This document shows, piece after piece, positions 1 through 13,225 of a DNA stretch of 64,000 bases. This DNA comes from Octopus vulgaris. Its lineage: Eukaryota. Where the stretch lies: contig OX597822.1 in the NCBI GenBank assembly GCA_951406725.2, positions 13,888,001-13,952,000 of the forward strand, given 5' to 3'. The notes beneath the pieces were generated by a model. The model saw only the letters and a program-made list of their open reading frames with translations, did no database searches and was not told the origin of the DNA. The translations under genes were made by a program, and so were the position numbers. Positions within the stretch are counted from its first letter, which is position 1. Each line of letters starts with the position of its first letter.

Positions 1-454
1 TCTGTCTACCTCTCTCTTTATGTATGAGCCTATTTCTCCTTACGTGCATGAAGAGAGGGGGATGTGTTTATGTCAATTGCGTTCAATTAGTAAATTCTAA
101 TCTCTCTCTCTCTCTTTCCCTCTTTCTTTTTCTCTTTCTCCCTCATTCTATCTGTATGCTTGTATTTATGCGTACGCGCGTGTTTGGTTTGCCTCCAGTG
201 CCAAAAAGTACTGTCACCAAAACAGGTTGAATATCTATTCATATTGTCATGGGTGAAACAGCTGCGCCCAATCGTCTCATTTCAGACGAGGGTCATGGCT
301 GGAACGTCTTAGATCGTATCACTACACAACTATGACAACAGCCAAATCATCTGATAGACTGCAGGTTAAAAAAACACAACGTGGTAGTCTTTATAATGTA
401 GATCAACTGGTTAGAAATTGCAGCCAAATCTCCCTCAAATAATCCCCTATCATA

Positions 455-612
455 GGCACAGAAATGGCTGGTAAGAAGGCAGCTTCTCAACCACATGGCT
501 CTGGGTTCAGTCCTACTGTGTGGCACCTTGGGTAAGTGTCTTCTACTATAGCCTAAGGTTGACCGAAGCCTTGTGAGTGGATTTGGTAGATGGAAACTGA
601 AACAAGCTCGTC

Positions 613-676
<64 letters not shown>

Positions 677-898
677 GTATGTGTGTGTTTGTAACTGTAT
701 TTGTCCTCCCACCATCGCTTGACACCCGATATTAGTGTGTTTTGTCCCCGTAACTTAGCGTTTCGGTAAAAAGTGGACGATAGAATAAGTAATAGGCTTA
801 CAAAGCATAAGTCCTGGTTTCGATTTGTTCGACTAAAAGGCGGTGCTCCAGCATGTCCGCAGCCAAATGACTGAAACAAGTAAAAGAATAAAAGAATA
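455..898 (+). mobile_element. tRNA-derived SINE, family A (head, internal (TA)n/(TG)n, 3' body)
   Basis: B-box-like GGTTCAGTCC, CORE-like ggcaccttgggtaagtg, tail ggcggtgctccagcatg...gactgaaacaagtaaaag; same layout as the copy at 9759-10215. Confidence 0.85.
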
Positions 899-1434
899 TC
901 ATTAAAAAAAAAGTTTGATGATAAAGTTGGCCATGGCCAGAACGCTCTTGACTATAGGGGTGTCCATCGGCGGTGACATAGTATTAAAAGACAGCAATGC
1001 CAACGGCCAAACTCTACAACAAAACGCTACATCATGCTATGTATTATCAAACCGCACCACATTGCATCTTTCCACACCGTCCCTAGGTTGCAGTACACTA
1101 CCTCGGTATATTTACACAGCACCACACCTTCTTCACCACCCCAGACCACCCTAAACCAGAACACAGAACGCACCAGCACCGCACCACAACAGCAACAGCA
1201 CCCATCACACATCATGGCTTATCGCATAACGCCTCCTCACTACATTATTGCTACCGCCATTTTCACCATCACCATCACCATCATCTACAACATACCATTC
1301 TATACTACACTACACCGCACCGTAACACCACGACTCCTCACCCTTATTACATTCAGCGCTGCCTGTAAAATATCTCAAATTTCCGATTCTATTTTGGTAA
1401 ATGGTACATTTTTAGTTTTTGGTTGGTTGTAGTG

Positions 1435-2245
1435 GGAGAGGAGAGAGAAGAAGAGGTGGGAGGTGGATAATGTTTGTTGTTTTGGTAAGAAGCCAGACAC
1501 AGGATAGAGAGATGAAGGTAGGAGGAGGTTAGAGAGAGAGAGAGAGGGGGAGAGAGAGAGAAAATGAGAAATCAAAAACAAAAAAGGAATAATGAAAGAA
1601 AGGAATGAAGAATGGAAGGAAGGAAAGAAAGAAGGGAGGACCGAAGAATGGAAGGTAGGAAGGAAACAGAAAGAGAGAAGGAAAGAATGGAAGAAAGAAA
1701 GAAAGAAAGGAAAGAAAGGAAAAAAGGGAAGAAGGAAGGAAAGAAAGAAAGAAAGGAATATAGAAAGAAGATGGGCGAGCGGAAAGATTTACAATTAAAG
1801 AATAGCAAGACAGGCGGTAGGGAAAGAAAGAAAGAATGAAAATAAGAAAGAAAAAGAAAGTGAACGAAAAGAAAAAATGAGGATAAGATTAAAAAGAAGT
1901 CGTGGATTAGAAGGAGAAAATGAACGAAAGAATTATTAAAATATGGCGTCAGTGGAAGGTAAATGGGTGATGTAGAGTTTAAATATAGCAGCGGAAGAAA
2001 AGTTAAAAATAAGGGAAAGAGAGAGAAGGTGGTGATGAGGTGGGGGGGAGAGGGACAGACAGACAGATATACAAATACAGACAAGCAGGTAGGTAGACAC
2101 GCAGTGACCGAGACAGATAAACGGACAGACAGGCAGGTAGGCAGACAGACAGACAGACAAGCAAGCAAACAGACATGTGATGAGAATTAATGAAAATTTA
2201 TTAGGAGTTTAGTAGGATGAGAGAATAAAATAAATGAGAAGGAAA
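1435..2245. repeat. Purine-rich (GA/GAAA/GGAA/GACA) low-complexity tract
   Basis: Directly visible degenerate simple repeats. Confidence 0.9.
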
Positions 2246-2267
2246 TCGTCAAAAATAAAGAAAAAAA

Positions 2268-2429
2268 GCGCAGACGTAGCTCTGTGGTAAGAAGCTTGCT
2301 TCCCAACCACATGGTTCCGGGATCAGTCCCACTGCGATGCACGTGGGGCAAGTGTTTTCTACTATAGCTTCGTGCCTATTGAAGCCTTGTGAGTGGATCA
2401 GGTAGACGGAAACTGAGACAAGTAAAAGA
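2268..2429 (+). mobile_element. SINE A with internal deletion (head joined directly to tail)
   Basis: Head runs to gacggaaactga and continues straight into gacaagtaaaag tail; middle absent. Confidence 0.75.
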
Positions 2430-2430
2430 A

Positions 2431-2605
2431 CTTTTATTCTTTTACTTGTTTCAGTCATTTGACTGCGGCCATGCTGGAGCACCGCATTTAGTCGAACAAA
2501 TCGACCCCAGAGCTTATTCTTTGTAAGCATAGTACTTATTCTAATGGTCTCTGGGGACCAGCATCGGTTGTCAAGCGATGTTAGGAGGACAAAGACAGAC
2601 ACACA

Positions 2606-2666
<61 letters not shown>

Positions 2667-2667
2667 G

Positions 2668-2708
<41 letters not shown>

Positions 2709-2862
2709 CACGACGGGCTTCTTCCAGTTTCCGTCTACCAAATCCACTCACAAGGCTTTGGTTGACCCAAGGCTATAGTAGAAGAGATTTGCATAAGGTG
2801 CCACGCAGTGGACTGAACCCAGGACCATGTGGTTGGTAAGCAAGTTACTTACCACACAGCTC
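2431..2862 (-). mobile_element. SINE A, near full length
   Basis: Reverse complement of tail, internal (TA)n and head of family A. Confidence 0.85.
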
Positions 2863-2899
2863 CTTATTACACATATATATTTATATAACATAAACGATA

Positions 2900-3135
2900 T
2901 ATAAATATATGCATATATACATGTATATATATGTACTTACCTACATATATATGCCTATATGGGTACAGAGATAAAAAAAAACCTAGACAGAATGAGAACA
3001 TAAAAAGCAAAAACAGAATGATTTTTTGTGGAGGATGAAAATGGCAACAAAAATAACACAGTGAGAATAAGCAGTAAAAACGAACGGTGAGGGTTGTTAA
3101 GCGAAGACGATGTGAAGTGCTGAACGCTGGAAAAA
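2900..3135 (-). mobile_element. Family P non-coding repeat, internally deleted copy (ribozyme segment missing)
   Basis: Shares tatatgggtacag motif and the attttttgYggagg...cagtgagaa...gttaag..aagacgatg...tgaacgct block with 52445-52895. Confidence 0.65.
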
Positions 3136-3284
3136 CAAGCTTTGAGAAGAGCGCGTTGTATTATTTCATGGTGCTGTTTACAATATCTGGTTATTCAATA
3201 ATCAATGCGAAACCGATTGATAAGATGAGCTTTAAAAGATCTATAATAACGTACACTTAGAATGTGTGTGTGTGTGCGTGTTTG

Positions 3285-3470
3285 TGTGTGTGTGTTTTTC
3301 CCTCCCCACCACCATCGCTTGGCAACCGATGGTGGTGTGTTTACGTCCCTGTAACTACCGGTTCGGCAAAAGAGACCAATAGAACAAATACTAGGTTTAC
3401 AAAGAGTAAGTCCCGGGGTCGATTTGTTCTACGAAAGGCTGCAGTCAAATGAGTGAAACAAATAAAAGAA
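3285..3470 (+). mobile_element. SINE A, 3' half
   Basis: ccaccatcgcttggcaaccgatg...cggggtcgatt...gcagtcaaatga. Confidence 0.75.
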
Positions 3471-3560
3471 AAAGGATAGAAATATGTGTACACGTGCATA
3501 CATATAGCAATGCAACTGAAAAATAAATGATGTCATATTAAAATAGATATACATTATATA

Positions 3561-3850
3561 TTGCGACACAAGTTCTTTTCCTCAACACGCCCTGCCCTGT
3601 TTAACATTGTCCTAAAACAGATCAAAGAGGAAAATGATCCCATCACCTTTAAACGGAGTCTGAACAAATTTATTCAAGGAATACCAGATAAGCCACCTAT
3701 ATCTGGATACAACTCACTCAACATGCTCTCTCTACTTGAATGGGCCATGATAACAAAAAACTTGACTTAAAAAGGATTTAGATAATCCTATCAGGTGGTG
3801 GTTTTAAGTTAGACATGGACTGGACCAATCTTTGGTTGAAACATATCTTA
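3561..3850 (+). mobile_element. 3' end remnant of a CR1/L2-group LINE (ORF2 C-terminus plus 3' UTR)
   Basis: Peptide RHKFFSS..PALFNIV..FKRSLNKFIQGIPDKP..GY resembles the FFS..FN.LP..FK..LD..IPD.P terminus of CR1/L2/Daphne ORF2 (recognised by eye). Confidence 0.6.
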
Positions 3851-4249
3851 GTTAATTTATATCCTAATGCATATATCCTTGCTCTCTATCTCACTCTCAG
3901 TTTTTACACACACAGAAAACAAGGTGAATGCATTCGCCATATAAACGTGCACGCACTGTCGGTGTCTCCCATCCCCACTCGCTCTATCTCTGGTTGGATG
4001 ACTCTCTATAAAGTCAGTCAACCATGTCTATCTCCAATCCTAGTGTGGTACTTATCATCGCTTTCCTGAAGCCTTTTTGGTCAGTGTTATCTTCTCCAAC
4101 ACTGCGACAGTTATCAGCATCATCATCACCACACCCATCGCTACAACTGTCAACACTATATATACCGATATGCATGTATGTATGTATGCACACACACACA
4201 ATGTGTGCGTACACGAATTCGTCCGTATTTATATCTATTTGTTTCCTTA

Positions 4250-4470
4250 TATTCCTCTCTACTGTAGGCACAAGGCACGAAATTTTGGGGGAGGGGGCCA
4301 GTCGATTACATCGACCCCCAGTACTCAACTGCTACTTAATTTATCGACCCCGAAAGGATGTAAGGCAACGTCGACCTCGGTGGAATGTGAACTTACAACG
4401 TAAAGACAGATGAACTAACACTAAGCATTTCGCCCGGCGTGCTAACGTTTCTGCCAGCTCGCTGCCTCCT
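4250..4470 (-). mobile_element. tRNA-derived SINE, family B (Nin-domain-like body)
   Basis: Reverse complement of gcgagctggcagaaacgttagcacgccgggcgaaatgcttag...catcctttcggggtcgataaattaag. Confidence 0.85.
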
Positions 4471-4511
4471 TATATATATATGTGTGTGTATCTGTATATA
4501 CGTTATGTATG

Positions 4512-4545
<34 letters not shown>

Positions 4546-4573
4546 TGTATGTATGTATGTATGTATGTATGTA

Positions 4574-4607
<34 letters not shown>

Positions 4608-4609
4608 CA

Positions 4610-4860
4610 TGAGTGGATTTGGTAGACGGAAACTGAAAGAAGCCTGCCGTATATATGTATGTATGTGTGTGTGTTTGTACCCCTAGCATTGCTTGACAAC
4701 CGATGCTGGTGTGCTTACGTCCGTCACTTAGCGGTTCGGCAAAAAGAGACCGATAGAATAAGTACTGGGCTTTCAAAGAATAAGTCCCGGGATCGATTTG
4801 CTCGACTAAAGGCGGTGCTCCAGCATGGCCGCAGTCAAATGATTGAAACAAGTAAAAGAG
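4610..4860 (+). mobile_element. SINE A, 5' truncated
   Basis: gagtggatttggtagacggaaactgaaagaagcc through gaaacaagtaaaag. Confidence 0.85.
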
Positions 4861-5129
4861 TACAGAATTATAGAACACAACACCGCTTACAAAATCATCG
4901 CGCATATGTATATATATGTGTGTGTGTGTGTGTGTGTATATATATACATGCATATATACACACGTACTCAGAAAGTTTCGCTTTCTTTCTCTCTCTCTCA
5001 CACACAAACACACGCGCGCACGCACGAGACACGAGATTCTCTCTGTTTGCTTCTGCCGAGATGACATTTGACATTTTCGGTCAAGTTGTTTTCCTAGTAA
5101 CTATTATAATAAACCTTACTGACGCCACC

Positions 5130-5910
5130 TAGACCAACCCCTATCTTATCGGCTTCACCTTTTGTTTATTTACGTTTTTCATTTGCTCTCTTTCCCCTTT
5201 TCGGGTCTCCCCCTTTTTCTGTTTTTATTTTCTATATTTTTGATTTCTTTTTCTTGTCTTGATGTGGTTTTCTATTTCGTTATCTTTAATGTTTTTTTTC
5301 ACATTTCGATTGCTTGTTTTTCGTTTAATGTATTTATTTATTCTACACTACCCCGTCTTTCTTCTTAATCCAATGCTCTTTACACCTCATGTTTCTCCCT
5401 GCCCTTCTCTCTCTCTCTCTTTCTTTCTCTCTCTTTCCCCCTCACGCTCTCTCTCTCTCAAACTCTCTCTCCATCTCCTCGCACTGTATTTGTCGCTCTA
5501 TTTATTCTCAATGTTTTTTCTGTCTCATTTCGTATCTTTCTAACCCCCTCGTCTCTAAATCGTCACTATTGCTCTTTCTATTCCTCCCCCTCTCCCCTTC
5601 TTTTTCTTTCAATGCTTTCAATGATTATTTCAATCTTTCTCTCACCCTCTGGCCTTCTCTTCGGCTCCCCCTCCCTCTCTCCGCCTTTTTATCTCTCCAT
5701 CTGTCTTTTTTTTCTTCTCATCATACATTACCTACTTACTACATCCATCCTATTTTGCTCTCTCTTGTCTTTTTACTCCCTTCACATGTCTCTGCGGTTC
5801 ACTCTCTTTTTTTTTAATATCTACCTCTACATTCTCTCTCTTCCTCTCTCTCTTCCTCTCTCTCTTCCTCTCTCTCTCTCTCACTCTATCTCTTTTCCTC
5901 TCTTTTTCTC
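5130..5910. repeat. Pyrimidine-rich (CT) low-complexity tract
   Basis: Directly visible. Confidence 0.85.
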
Positions 5911-6649
5911 TTTGATTTTGAAACTAAGGAATACGAGGAAGACGATGCCTGAGAGTTTGACAATTCTTACAAAAATGCCCAGAATATAAGTCCATTTCAT
6001 TCTTTTCAGAACTCTTCAGTATGATATAACCTATTATTAGAAAGTCTATAGTTTTATTATCATCTATTTATATCTTCTAAAACAAAATTTCAAATATTTC
6101 ATTCTAAATGAAGTGATCAAACATAACACCACGCACGACTTTTATTCATCTGTCTTTGTTCCGGGAGTGACCTCTCACTCTCTTTATAACGAAGTTGCCG
6201 TGATTTGTTTTTATTGCTTTTATTGCATGACGAAATTTTGTGTAATATATTTGTGGCACCCCAAATTTAGCGTTGTGGGTCGTTGCTCAGTTTTGCTTAG
6301 GACATAGTGACTACCCCGTTAATACACAATATGATATATATAGTGTATAGAATTTATTGGAAACTCGATAAGATTCACAAAATGTGTAAATGTGCACGTC
6401 GGGTTATACTCATGCCAGCATACACACACACGCACACATGAATATATATGCATATTTATACACGTGCACAAACTTGCTGAACCAACTCGCCTTTAAGGAG
6501 CACACAAACACTAAATGAGATAATAAGTTGATATCAAGGGAAAACGCTAAAACAGAAATATTTCTACATCAGCTTTAAAAATATCGCATTTAAAAAATGC
6601 TTTGAAAGATAGCAACGGGATTAATATGAATAAAGTACAATAAGAATAA

Positions 6650-7135
6650 TGGTTTCAAATTTTGACCCCAAGTCCAGCAAGTCCGAGGGTGGAAGCAGGT
6701 GGATTTATTGACTCCACTACTCAAAAAGTACTTATTTCATTGACCCCAAAATGATGAAAGGCGAAGTCGACAATGGTGGAATTTGAACTCAGAACGTAAA
6801 GACCTATGAAATTCCACTACGCATTTTGCGCGGCATTCTTACGATTCTGCCAGCTCGGCGCCATGATACACCACCACCACCACTAATAATAATTATAATA
6901 ATACTAATAATCCTTTCTGGTAAAAGCAGAAGGCCTGAAATTTCTGGGAAGGCGGGGCTAATTGATTACATCGACCCCAGTGTCCAACTGATGCTTATTT
7001 CATCGACCCCGAAAGGATGAAAAGCAAAGTCTACTCCAGCGGAATTTGAACTCAGAGCGTAAAAACGTGTGAAATGCTTCGCTGCTAGGCATCTCACAAT
7101 GCGTACTAACGATTCTGCCAGCTCACCACCGCCTT
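6650..7135 (-). mobile_element. Two diverged SINE B copies in tandem (about 6650-6860 and 6912-7135) separated by TAA repeats
   Basis: Each has gatgaaa.gc.aagtc...ggaatttgaactcaga...gattctgccagctc. Confidence 0.8.
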
Positions 7136-7179
<44 letters not shown>

Positions 7180-7702
7180 TGAACAACAACAGCAATAACA
7201 ACAACAATAATAATTGGGGATTGGCGTTCATGCGTATATGTCTGAACTACGGAAGCGGATAGAATTAGGTGTAACCGGAAACCAAAACCATAGTAATGGA
7301 GTCAACAGGTTTGGCTCGCTATAAGATGTTTAATTGCTCTACATACAGCCGTTCCGCTCAATAGTTTTAAGATACGCTGAGATTGGAGAGGATTTCAGCT
7401 ATTGTTTCTAGCAGATCCAGTAACCACATGGACTTTCCATGGGTGAAAACTGTAGAGCAGCCTGCCAGGTGGATTGTTGTTGTGATTCGAAATGATTCGA
7501 AAGAGTTGTCATAGATTGTATTACGTGGATTATACCTGAGAATTATGCTAAGTGAATCCGTATCACAGGGATGTGTAGTCGCTCACGTGTTAATTCAAGA
7601 GCAGATAATTCAGGTGGACAAACGACCCAATCCTTATTGGTCAGACCACGGAAATCCACACTCAACATCATAACACACACACATGCGGGCATATACATAT
7701 AT

Positions 7703-7734
<32 letters not shown>

Positions 7735-7744
7735 GTATATATAT

Positions 7745-7827
<83 letters not shown>

Positions 7828-7835
<8 letters not shown>

Positions 7836-8047
7836 GAAATGAGGTACCCAGAAAATCGGATGGTTTATATTTACAGATATTTATTTGTATATTACATTTT
7901 TTATATATCATATAGCTTAGATCATAAGCTATATGATCTAGCTATATGATATAAAAACATGTAATATACAAATAAATATCTGTAAATATTTTCTAAACCA
8001 TTTCTTCTAATATATAATACCTGTACATCATCTCCAAACCTTCCAAT
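7828..8047. repeat. Foldback element in (TA)n
   Basis: 31-bp perfect inverted arms 7867-7897/7959-7989; outer arms 7828-7841/7999-8012. Confidence 0.85.
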
Positions 8048-8101
8048 ATATATATATATATATATATAGATATAGATATATATATATATATACAAACATA
8101 C

Positions 8102-8153
<52 letters not shown>

Positions 8154-8170
8154 TCGAAAGAATGAAAGGT

Positions 8171-8238
<68 letters not shown>

Positions 8239-8398
8239 TAATCATTATGGGCAAACCTTAAAAATTTTTGTTTATTTTCCTCGCTTTCAGCTGGTGTCTA
8301 TGCGATAAATAATGTTGTTTTAGAGCCATTTGGTGTCTACTTCTAGCATGTCGAGCAGCCCAGGAGTTGCCTTTATTATACACACACACACACACACA

Positions 8399-8468
<70 letters not shown>

Positions 8469-8526
8469 AGCACATAAATGCAAAACAAGGTGGAAAAAGT
8501 AGTACTCGAATACTGGAGGCAGAGCA

Positions 8527-8663
8527 ATATGCTTTATCAAAAAGTTAAAAAAATATCACAAAAACTGTTACTCAGAGTTTCCCGTTCCCGTTCGTCGGAC
8601 ATTTAAGCAAAACTCTGAGTAACAGTTTTTGTGATATTTTTGCTGCTTTTTAATAAAGTATAT
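8527..8663. repeat. Foldback element (about 54-bp arms) in (TA)n with a hammerhead-like motif at its centre
   Basis: Arms 8527-8580 and 8610-8663. Confidence 0.85.
8563..8604 (-). ncRNA. Minimal type I hammerhead-like motif (CCGACGA core variant)
   Basis: tgt-CCGACGA-acg ggaa cgg-GAAA-ctc t gag-TA-aca. Confidence 0.55.
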
Positions 8664-8912
8664 ATATAGTAATTATTTATTAGTCATAATTCACACCGTA
8701 TCAGTCATTGCTAACCCGCCATCAAACTGTCCAACCAGCCCTGTAGAGGCACAGGAAGCGTCAAAGATAAGCAAAAGGATGAGGCATAGATCAACATCTG
8801 TAGGGGTAGTAGGTTCTACGGATGGAAAATGGCTCGATAGTGGGGTGGAGTTAATTAAAGATAGGCGGTGGTAGAGCTTGCGGCGACAGCGGTGGTAACG
8901 GTGGGTTTGTTT

Positions 8913-8968
<56 letters not shown>

Positions 8969-9169
8969 GGTGGTGGTAGTGTGGTGTCGGTGGTGGAGGG
9001 TAAACAGATGGACTCTCATGTATATAGAGTTCACACAGATCCTTGTCATACGCCTTTAATCCCGTCATCTGTCCGTATCAGTAACCACGATCTTTCGCAT
9101 GCCTTTCGTCCTTTCGTCCTCACTGTTCCGGTTGAATTCTTATCTTCCGCTAGATTTCTGGTTTGCTGT

Positions 9170-9227
<58 letters not shown>

Positions 9228-9300
9228 ACGTATACGTAACCACATACTCTTGCATGCTAACACTTTTAGACTATATATGCGAATACACACACAAACATAT

Positions 9301-9336
<36 letters not shown>

Positions 9337-9382
9337 ATACACAAATATACACACGCACTTATATATATAGGTTGGATATATT

Positions 9383-9680
9383 AGGCGTAGGAATGGCTGT
9401 GAAAATGAAAGAAGCCCGTCGTATACATACATATATATATGTGTATGTATGTAAGTATGTATATATGTATATGTATGTATATCTTTGTGTCAGTGCTTAG
9501 CCTCCCACCCCAACCATCGCCTGACAACCGATGTTAGTGTGTTGGTATGCTTACGTCCCCGTCACCTAGCAGTTCGGCAAAAAAGACCGATAGAATAAGT
9601 ACTAGTCTTACAAAGAATAAGTCCTGGGGTCGATTTGCTCACCTACATGTTGTGCTCCACCATGGTCACAGTCAAGTAAA
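9383..9680 (+). mobile_element. SINE A, internally deleted and diverged
   Basis: aggcgtaggaatggctgtg joined to gaaagaagcccgtcg, then 3' body. Confidence 0.7.
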
Positions 9681-9713
9681 AGAAGAAAATGATATACAAT
9701 GTATATGTATATG

Positions 9714-9758
<45 letters not shown>

Positions 9759-9760
<2 letters not shown>

Positions 9761-9923
9761 CGCAGGAGTGGCTGTGTGGTAAGTAGCTTGCTTACCAACC
9801 ACATGGTTCCGGGTTCAGTCCCACTGCGTGGCATCTTGAGCAAGTGTCTTCTACTATAGCCTCGGGCCGACCAAAGCCTTGTGGGTGGATTTGGTAGACG
9901 GAAACTGAAAGAAGCCTGTCGTA

Positions 9924-10011
<88 letters not shown>

Positions 10012-10215
10012 ATGTTTGTGTGTCTGTGTTTGTCCCCCTAGCATTGCTTGACAACCGATGCTGGTGTGTTTATGTCCCCGTTACTTAGCGGTTCGGCAAA
10101 AAGAGACCGATAGAATAAGTACTGGGCTTACAAAGAATAAGTTCCGGGGTCGATTTGCTCGACTAAAGGCGGTGCTCCAGCATGGCCGCAATCAAATGAC
10201 TGAAATAAGTAAAAG
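9759..10215 (+). mobile_element. SINE A, full-length reference copy
   Basis: A-box TGGCTGTGTGG, B-box GGTTCAGTCC, CORE-like ggcatcttgagcaagtg, internal (TA)n(TG)n, 3' body; flanked by (TA)n. Confidence 0.9.
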
Positions 10216-10366
10216 GGTATATGTATATATATATATATATATATACATGTGTGTGTGTGTATTGTACAGAGACGAGGGTGTAATACACACACATGTATAT
10301 GTAGCTATTTTGTTTTATATCTATAAATATGTTCTCTGGCTCCCTTCTACAAGTGTGCGCGCGCGC

Positions 10367-10397
<31 letters not shown>

Positions 10398-10755
10398 TGG
10401 GGCATACGTTGCTCAATAAAATCTGACTTTTGTGCAAAAGCTGGCAGTGAAGAGAAGCAGGGGGAGGAGTGAGAGAAAGTGAGAGATATGAATGAATGAA
10501 AGTGAGAAAAAGAATATGGTGGTATCGTAAGTAAAAGAGGGAAGGTCAGCGCCACCTACTCTCTGATGGAGTTGTTTTATATCTGGAGAATATTATTAAA
10601 TGAAGCGAGACGAGAGGAAGATCCTATTTTTACTTGCTTTTTGCGTCCATCTTGGTTTCCACATGTTTTATTTTTCCTCTACAATTTACACGATTCTGTC
10701 TTGATTCATCTAATTCGTTGTGTGTGTGTGTGTGTGCGTGTGGATGCGTACTATA

Positions 10756-11372
10756 CTCTTTCTCTTTTACTTTTTTACCTGTTTCAGTCATTTGACTGCG
10801 GCCATGCTGGAGCACCGCCTTTAGTACTTATTCTATCGGCCTCTTTCTGCCGAACCGCTAAGTGACGGGGACATAAACACACCAGCATCGGTTGTCAAGC
10901 AATGCTGGGAGGACAAACACAGACACACAAACATATACACATACACACATATATATATATACATATATACGACAGGCTTCTTTCAGTTTCCGTCTACCAA
11001 ATCCACTCACAAGGCATTGGTCGGCCCGGGGCTATAGCAGAAGACACTTGCCCAAGATTCCACGCAGTGGGACTGAACCCGCAACCATGTGGTTGGTTAG
11101 CAAGCTACTTACCACACATACATTCTATTATTATTTTACTTGTTTCAGTCATTTGACTGCGGCCTTTAGAAGAAATGGACCCAAGGACCTATTCTTTGAA
11201 TACAACATATACATACATACATATATATGACGGTTTTCTTTCAGTTTCCGTCAGCCAAGTTCATTCACAAGGCCCGAGGCTATCGTAGAAGACACCTGCC
11301 CTAGGTGCCTCGCAGTGGGACTGAACTCGGAACCATGTAGTTGAGAAGCAAGCTAGTTACCACACAGTCACG
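10756..11372 (-). mobile_element. Two adjacent SINE A copies (about 10756-11116 and 11130-11372), each with deletions
   Basis: Reverse-complement tail, microsatellite and head blocks, twice. Confidence 0.8.
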
Positions 11373-11454
11373 AGTATAAAACAAATATATTTTACAAAAT
11401 AGATGACCTGGTTTGCATTATATACATAGTGTGTGTGTGTGTGTGTGTGTGTGT

Positions 11455-11778
11455 GAAGGCGCGTAGCTTAGTGTGTAGGCCATTCAGCCCACGATCGTAA
11501 TTTGGTGAGTCTGATATCCACCGGCGCGTTGTGTCCCTCAACAAAAGAATATTTTGTTAAAAGCCAGTCCAATTATCTGGCAATAATGAGTTGCATCAGT
11601 AATTGAAAAAGCTGGCCGTGGCACAATCTGTGTCACGGTGAGTCACTATGAAAACGACCTACATTAAGGGAACACGTGCCTGCGAGATTCTCAGCCCCTT
11701 GCACGCTAATTTCACGTGCGGGCCGTCCCGTTGATCAAATCAAGTGGAACACCCATCGTCATAACCGACGGAGAGCCA
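11455..11778 (+). mobile_element. Diverged tRNA-derived SINE, family D
   Basis: A-box-like TAGCTTAGTG, ggcgcgttgtgtcc core shared with 49583-49745, microsatellite flanks. Confidence 0.55.
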
Positions 11779-11825
11779 AGATATATATATATATATATAG
11801 TCTCTTATACACAACCACCCCTGCA

Positions 11826-11949
<124 letters not shown>

Positions 11950-12009
11950 TACATACATACAACTTAACCTGTACGCACACACACGCATAAATATTTATAT
12001 ACAACTCGG

Positions 12010-12165
12010 GGTTCCGCAAAGATTACGTCTCTAAATTCACTCACAAAACATTGGGTACGCTCGGGGCTATTGCAGAAGATGACTCACACAAGGTGCCGAG
12101 CAGTTAGACTGAACCTGAACCAACGTGGTTGCAAAACGAGTTTCGTAACCACTTAGCCATGCCAA
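12010..12165 (-). mobile_element. Diverged SINE A head
   Basis: aaattcactcacaa...gctattgcagaaga...aaggtgcc...gactgaacc...aaccacttagccatgcc. Confidence 0.65.
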
Positions 12166-12822
12166 CGCATACATATTTTGTGCACGCGCGCGCATGCACG
12201 TGTATATATGTGTGTGTGTGTGTGCGTATATATGATTCGGTTATCTGTGTTATCAGCGTGCTACGATTGTGTATGTATATATTTATGACATGTATGCATA
12301 GATATGCACATATTCATGTACACACACACACACACACTCACACACTCGCACACATATTCAGCCATATCACCGGTAATTAAATCTGATCGTATCCCTATTT
12401 CACTTAATTACATTTCTAAAAATCTACACCAACCCGTCACCCAGCAACACCCTAGGCACCACCACCAACACCACCACCACCGAGAACACCATCAGCAACG
12501 GCAGCAAACAAGATCATCAAGCAAAGAATTTCTCTCAAACTCATTTTCACCTCTAATCCATTCAATTTATACTCAAATTACTGCCAATTTACATACCGTC
12601 AGCCCTAACCCCACGACCCTTTTCCATCTCCTCACTTGTACCCACCTACCTACTTTCGTTTCTTTACTCTTCTTCCTTCTTTATTTTCTCTAATTCTCGT
12701 TCTTTAGATTTCTTTCTCTCTCTCCCCATCACTAACTAAGTAACCAACACCAGCAGCAGCAACAACAATAACCACATCGACGTCTACACTTTAGGCCTTT
12801 TCCTCTTTGCCTGCGTTTTTAT

Positions 12823-13225
12823 AAGGCGGTGAGCTGGCAGCATTGTTATAACGCTGGACGAAATGCTTAGCGGTATATCGCCCGTCGCTACGTTCTGAGT
12901 TCAAATTCTACCGAGGTCATCTTTGCCTTTCATCCTTTCGGGGTCAATAAATTAAGTACCAGTTGCGTACTGGAGTCGATATAATCGACTTAATCCGTTT
13001 GTCTGTCCTTGTTTGTTCCCTTTGTGTTTAGCCCCTTGTGAGTAGTAAAGAAATAGGTATTTCGCCCGTCGCTGCGTTCTGAGTTCAAATTATACCGAGG
13101 TCAACTTTGCCTTTCATCCTTTCGGGGTCGATAAATTAAGTATCAGTTGCGTACTGGTGTTGATGTAATCAACTCACCTCCCCACCGCCCAAATGGCTGC
13201 CCTTGTGGCAAAATTTGAAACCATT
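12823..13225 (+). mobile_element. Dimeric SINE B
   Basis: Full monomer, spacer ending aaagaaatagg, then a second monomer starting at tatttcgcccgtcgct. Confidence 0.85.

Noticed and set aside
5985-6026. Minus-strand CTGAAGA, short stem, GAAA
   Set aside because: Stem III does not pair and stem I is only 3 A-U pairs
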